The notes under the pieces are model-generated. The model worked only from the letters and a program-made list of their open reading frames with translations. It ran no database searches and had not been told where the DNA came from. Below, one piece after another: positions 62,623 to 64,000 of a stretch of 64,000 bases of DNA (positions are counted from its first letter, which is position 1; each line of letters starts with the position of its first letter). This stretch comes from an uncultured Candidatus Rokubacteria bacterium. GTDB lineage: Bacteria; Methylomirabilota; Methylomirabilia; Rokubacteriales; CSP1-6. The DNA lies in the NCBI GenBank assembly GCA_963758635.1, contig CAVWWD010000004.1, positions 128,001-192,000 on the forward strand, read 5' to 3'. Made by a program: the position numbers and the translations under genes.

Positions 62623-62772
62623 TTTGATGATCACAAGGGCGCCGGGCTCGGCCTCGCCGTGGTCCGCGGCCTCGTCGAGGCTCACGGCGGGCGCATCGGA
62701 GTCGAGTCGGTCGAGGGGAAGGGCAGCAGCTTCACGATGAGCCTTCCCCGCGAGGCGCACGCCGCCGTCTGA
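62623..62772 (+). pseudogene. Histidine kinase HATPase_c C-terminal fragment
   Basis: [38 protein letters not shown]; in-frame TGA immediately upstream and no start codon. Confidence 0.7.
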
Positions 62773-62808
62773 GCGCGGCCCGGGCGTCTCGTCCCGCGCC
62801 CCCCGGGC

Positions 62809-64000
62809 TCAGTCGGTCCGGATCCACCAGTTGTGGCGGAACGCGTCGTACCGGATCTGCCGCCCGCAGAAGCCCTCCAGCGCGATGACCGGCCGCAGCG
62901 CGGCCTGGGTGGACCGGCGCGCCCAGAGGTGCAGGTCGAGGTCCTGGAACGTGTCGGGCCCGCGCTGGCGGCACAACGTGCGGGCCCGGTTGTAGAAGAC
63001 CACCGGGTCGCAGGCGATGCGCGTGTCCAGGGGGAGCTTCAGGTCGCGCTCGGTCCGGGCGCCGTCGGCGTGGCGGAGCACGGCGTAGCCGTTGCACACC
63101 GGCCGCGCGTCGAACATGTGCAGCGCGTAGAGGCGTCCCTCGCCCGTGAGCACGGGGTCGCCGGGATAGGCGTGCGGCGTGAGCTGCAGGATCGAGAACA
63201 CCGCCGCGATCGCGTAGGCGCCCCACGGCGCCCGGCCCCGCCAGAACGCATCCAGCAGGCTCTCGTCCACGCCTCGGGTCGCCGGCCGGGACGCGCCGGC
63301 ACAGGGGGAAGATCGAGAGGATCGCGAACATCAGGAGGGGATAGAAGAAGCCCACCACCGGCCACGAGAAGACGTGGAAGACGACGAACTGGCCAAGGGC
63401 GGGCCAGAAGATCCAGCCGCGCCGCGCGAGCAGGCCCCAGCTCACCACCAGCTCCAGCACGATGACGTAGACGCAGGCGGCGATGATCCCCGCGCCCGAG
63501 AAGAGCCAGATCGGCCGGTAGAGCCCCGCGCCGGAGATCCACTCCCAGTTCAGCTTCAGCGTCCCCGCCCAGAAGTAGAAGAGCACCACGAGCACCCGCG
63601 CCGCGCTGCGCTTGCCGGGCACGAACAGGAACGCCGCGGTCGCCGCGAACGCCATGTAGTGCTGGTTCATCCGGAGACGGAAGTCCAGCAGCATGATGGC
63701 GGCCTTCACCACGTTCAGGCCGATCAGCCCCCAGTACGCCCCCGCCGTGGCCTGGCGTCCGGACAGGAATGCGAGCCCGACCCCGATCGCGCCCAGGAGA
63801 TACAGGAGGAGCGCCCAGGACAGCCCGGAGGGGCCGAGCACGCGGAGCCGCTCGCATTCCTGGAAGATCGGCCAGCAGATCGCCTCGGCCCGGGAGTGCA
63901 GGAAGGCGATCGACCGCTGGTCGATCCAGTAGAGGAAGGTCAGGACGTGCAGCGCGGCCAGGGCCGCCCCGTAGATCCGCAGCACCCGGTCGTCCCGGAT
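62809..64000 (-). CDS. Multi-pass membrane protein (HTTM-like), 5' end off the window, frameshift near 63275
   Basis: Multiple TM helices; NQHYM, FYFWAGTLKLN, then TGEGRLYALHMFD. Confidence 0.65.

Overview
Very GC-rich bacterial chromosomal window. Gene content and repeat families suggest Ca. Rokubacteria or a similar soil lineage (inference). About a dozen single-base frameshifts in otherwise intact genes look like long-read assembly errors. Contents, left to right: (i) a minus-strand conflict-type cluster (TNT/ART-like protein, two TIR-like proteins, MoxR AAA+ ATPase running off the left edge); (ii) a triuret/biuret catabolic locus (BMP-type ABC transporter, biuH, trtA) with a divergent fdrA-DUF1116-allophanate hydrolase C-terminal-domain operon, a candidate cis-regulatory leader, and a duplicated junction carrying a structured ~260-bp element in both orientations around a REP doublet; (iii) many catabolic genes (amidohydrolases, Rieske dioxygenase, FadB-type enzyme, SBPs, LLM, TauD, NIPSNAP); (iv) a small-protein stress cluster with sigma54-type promoters; (v) a three-gene operon with two in-frame-UGA UxxC (UGSC-family) selenoprotein candidates; (vi) attC-like hairpins before hicAB; (vii) a lower-GC two-gene island, FxsC-like TIR plus DUF4062-ParA-like ATPase-TIR-pYEATS, next to an smpB remnant; (viii) a cobalt nitrile hydratase operon whose activator is fused to a thioredoxin-like [2Fe-2S] ferredoxin. 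Gene remnants (hyuA-like, alr, IS256, smpB, histidine kinase) are scattered through the window. No rRNA, tRNA or CRISPR array was seen. All family calls come from motif recognition by eye, not from database searches.
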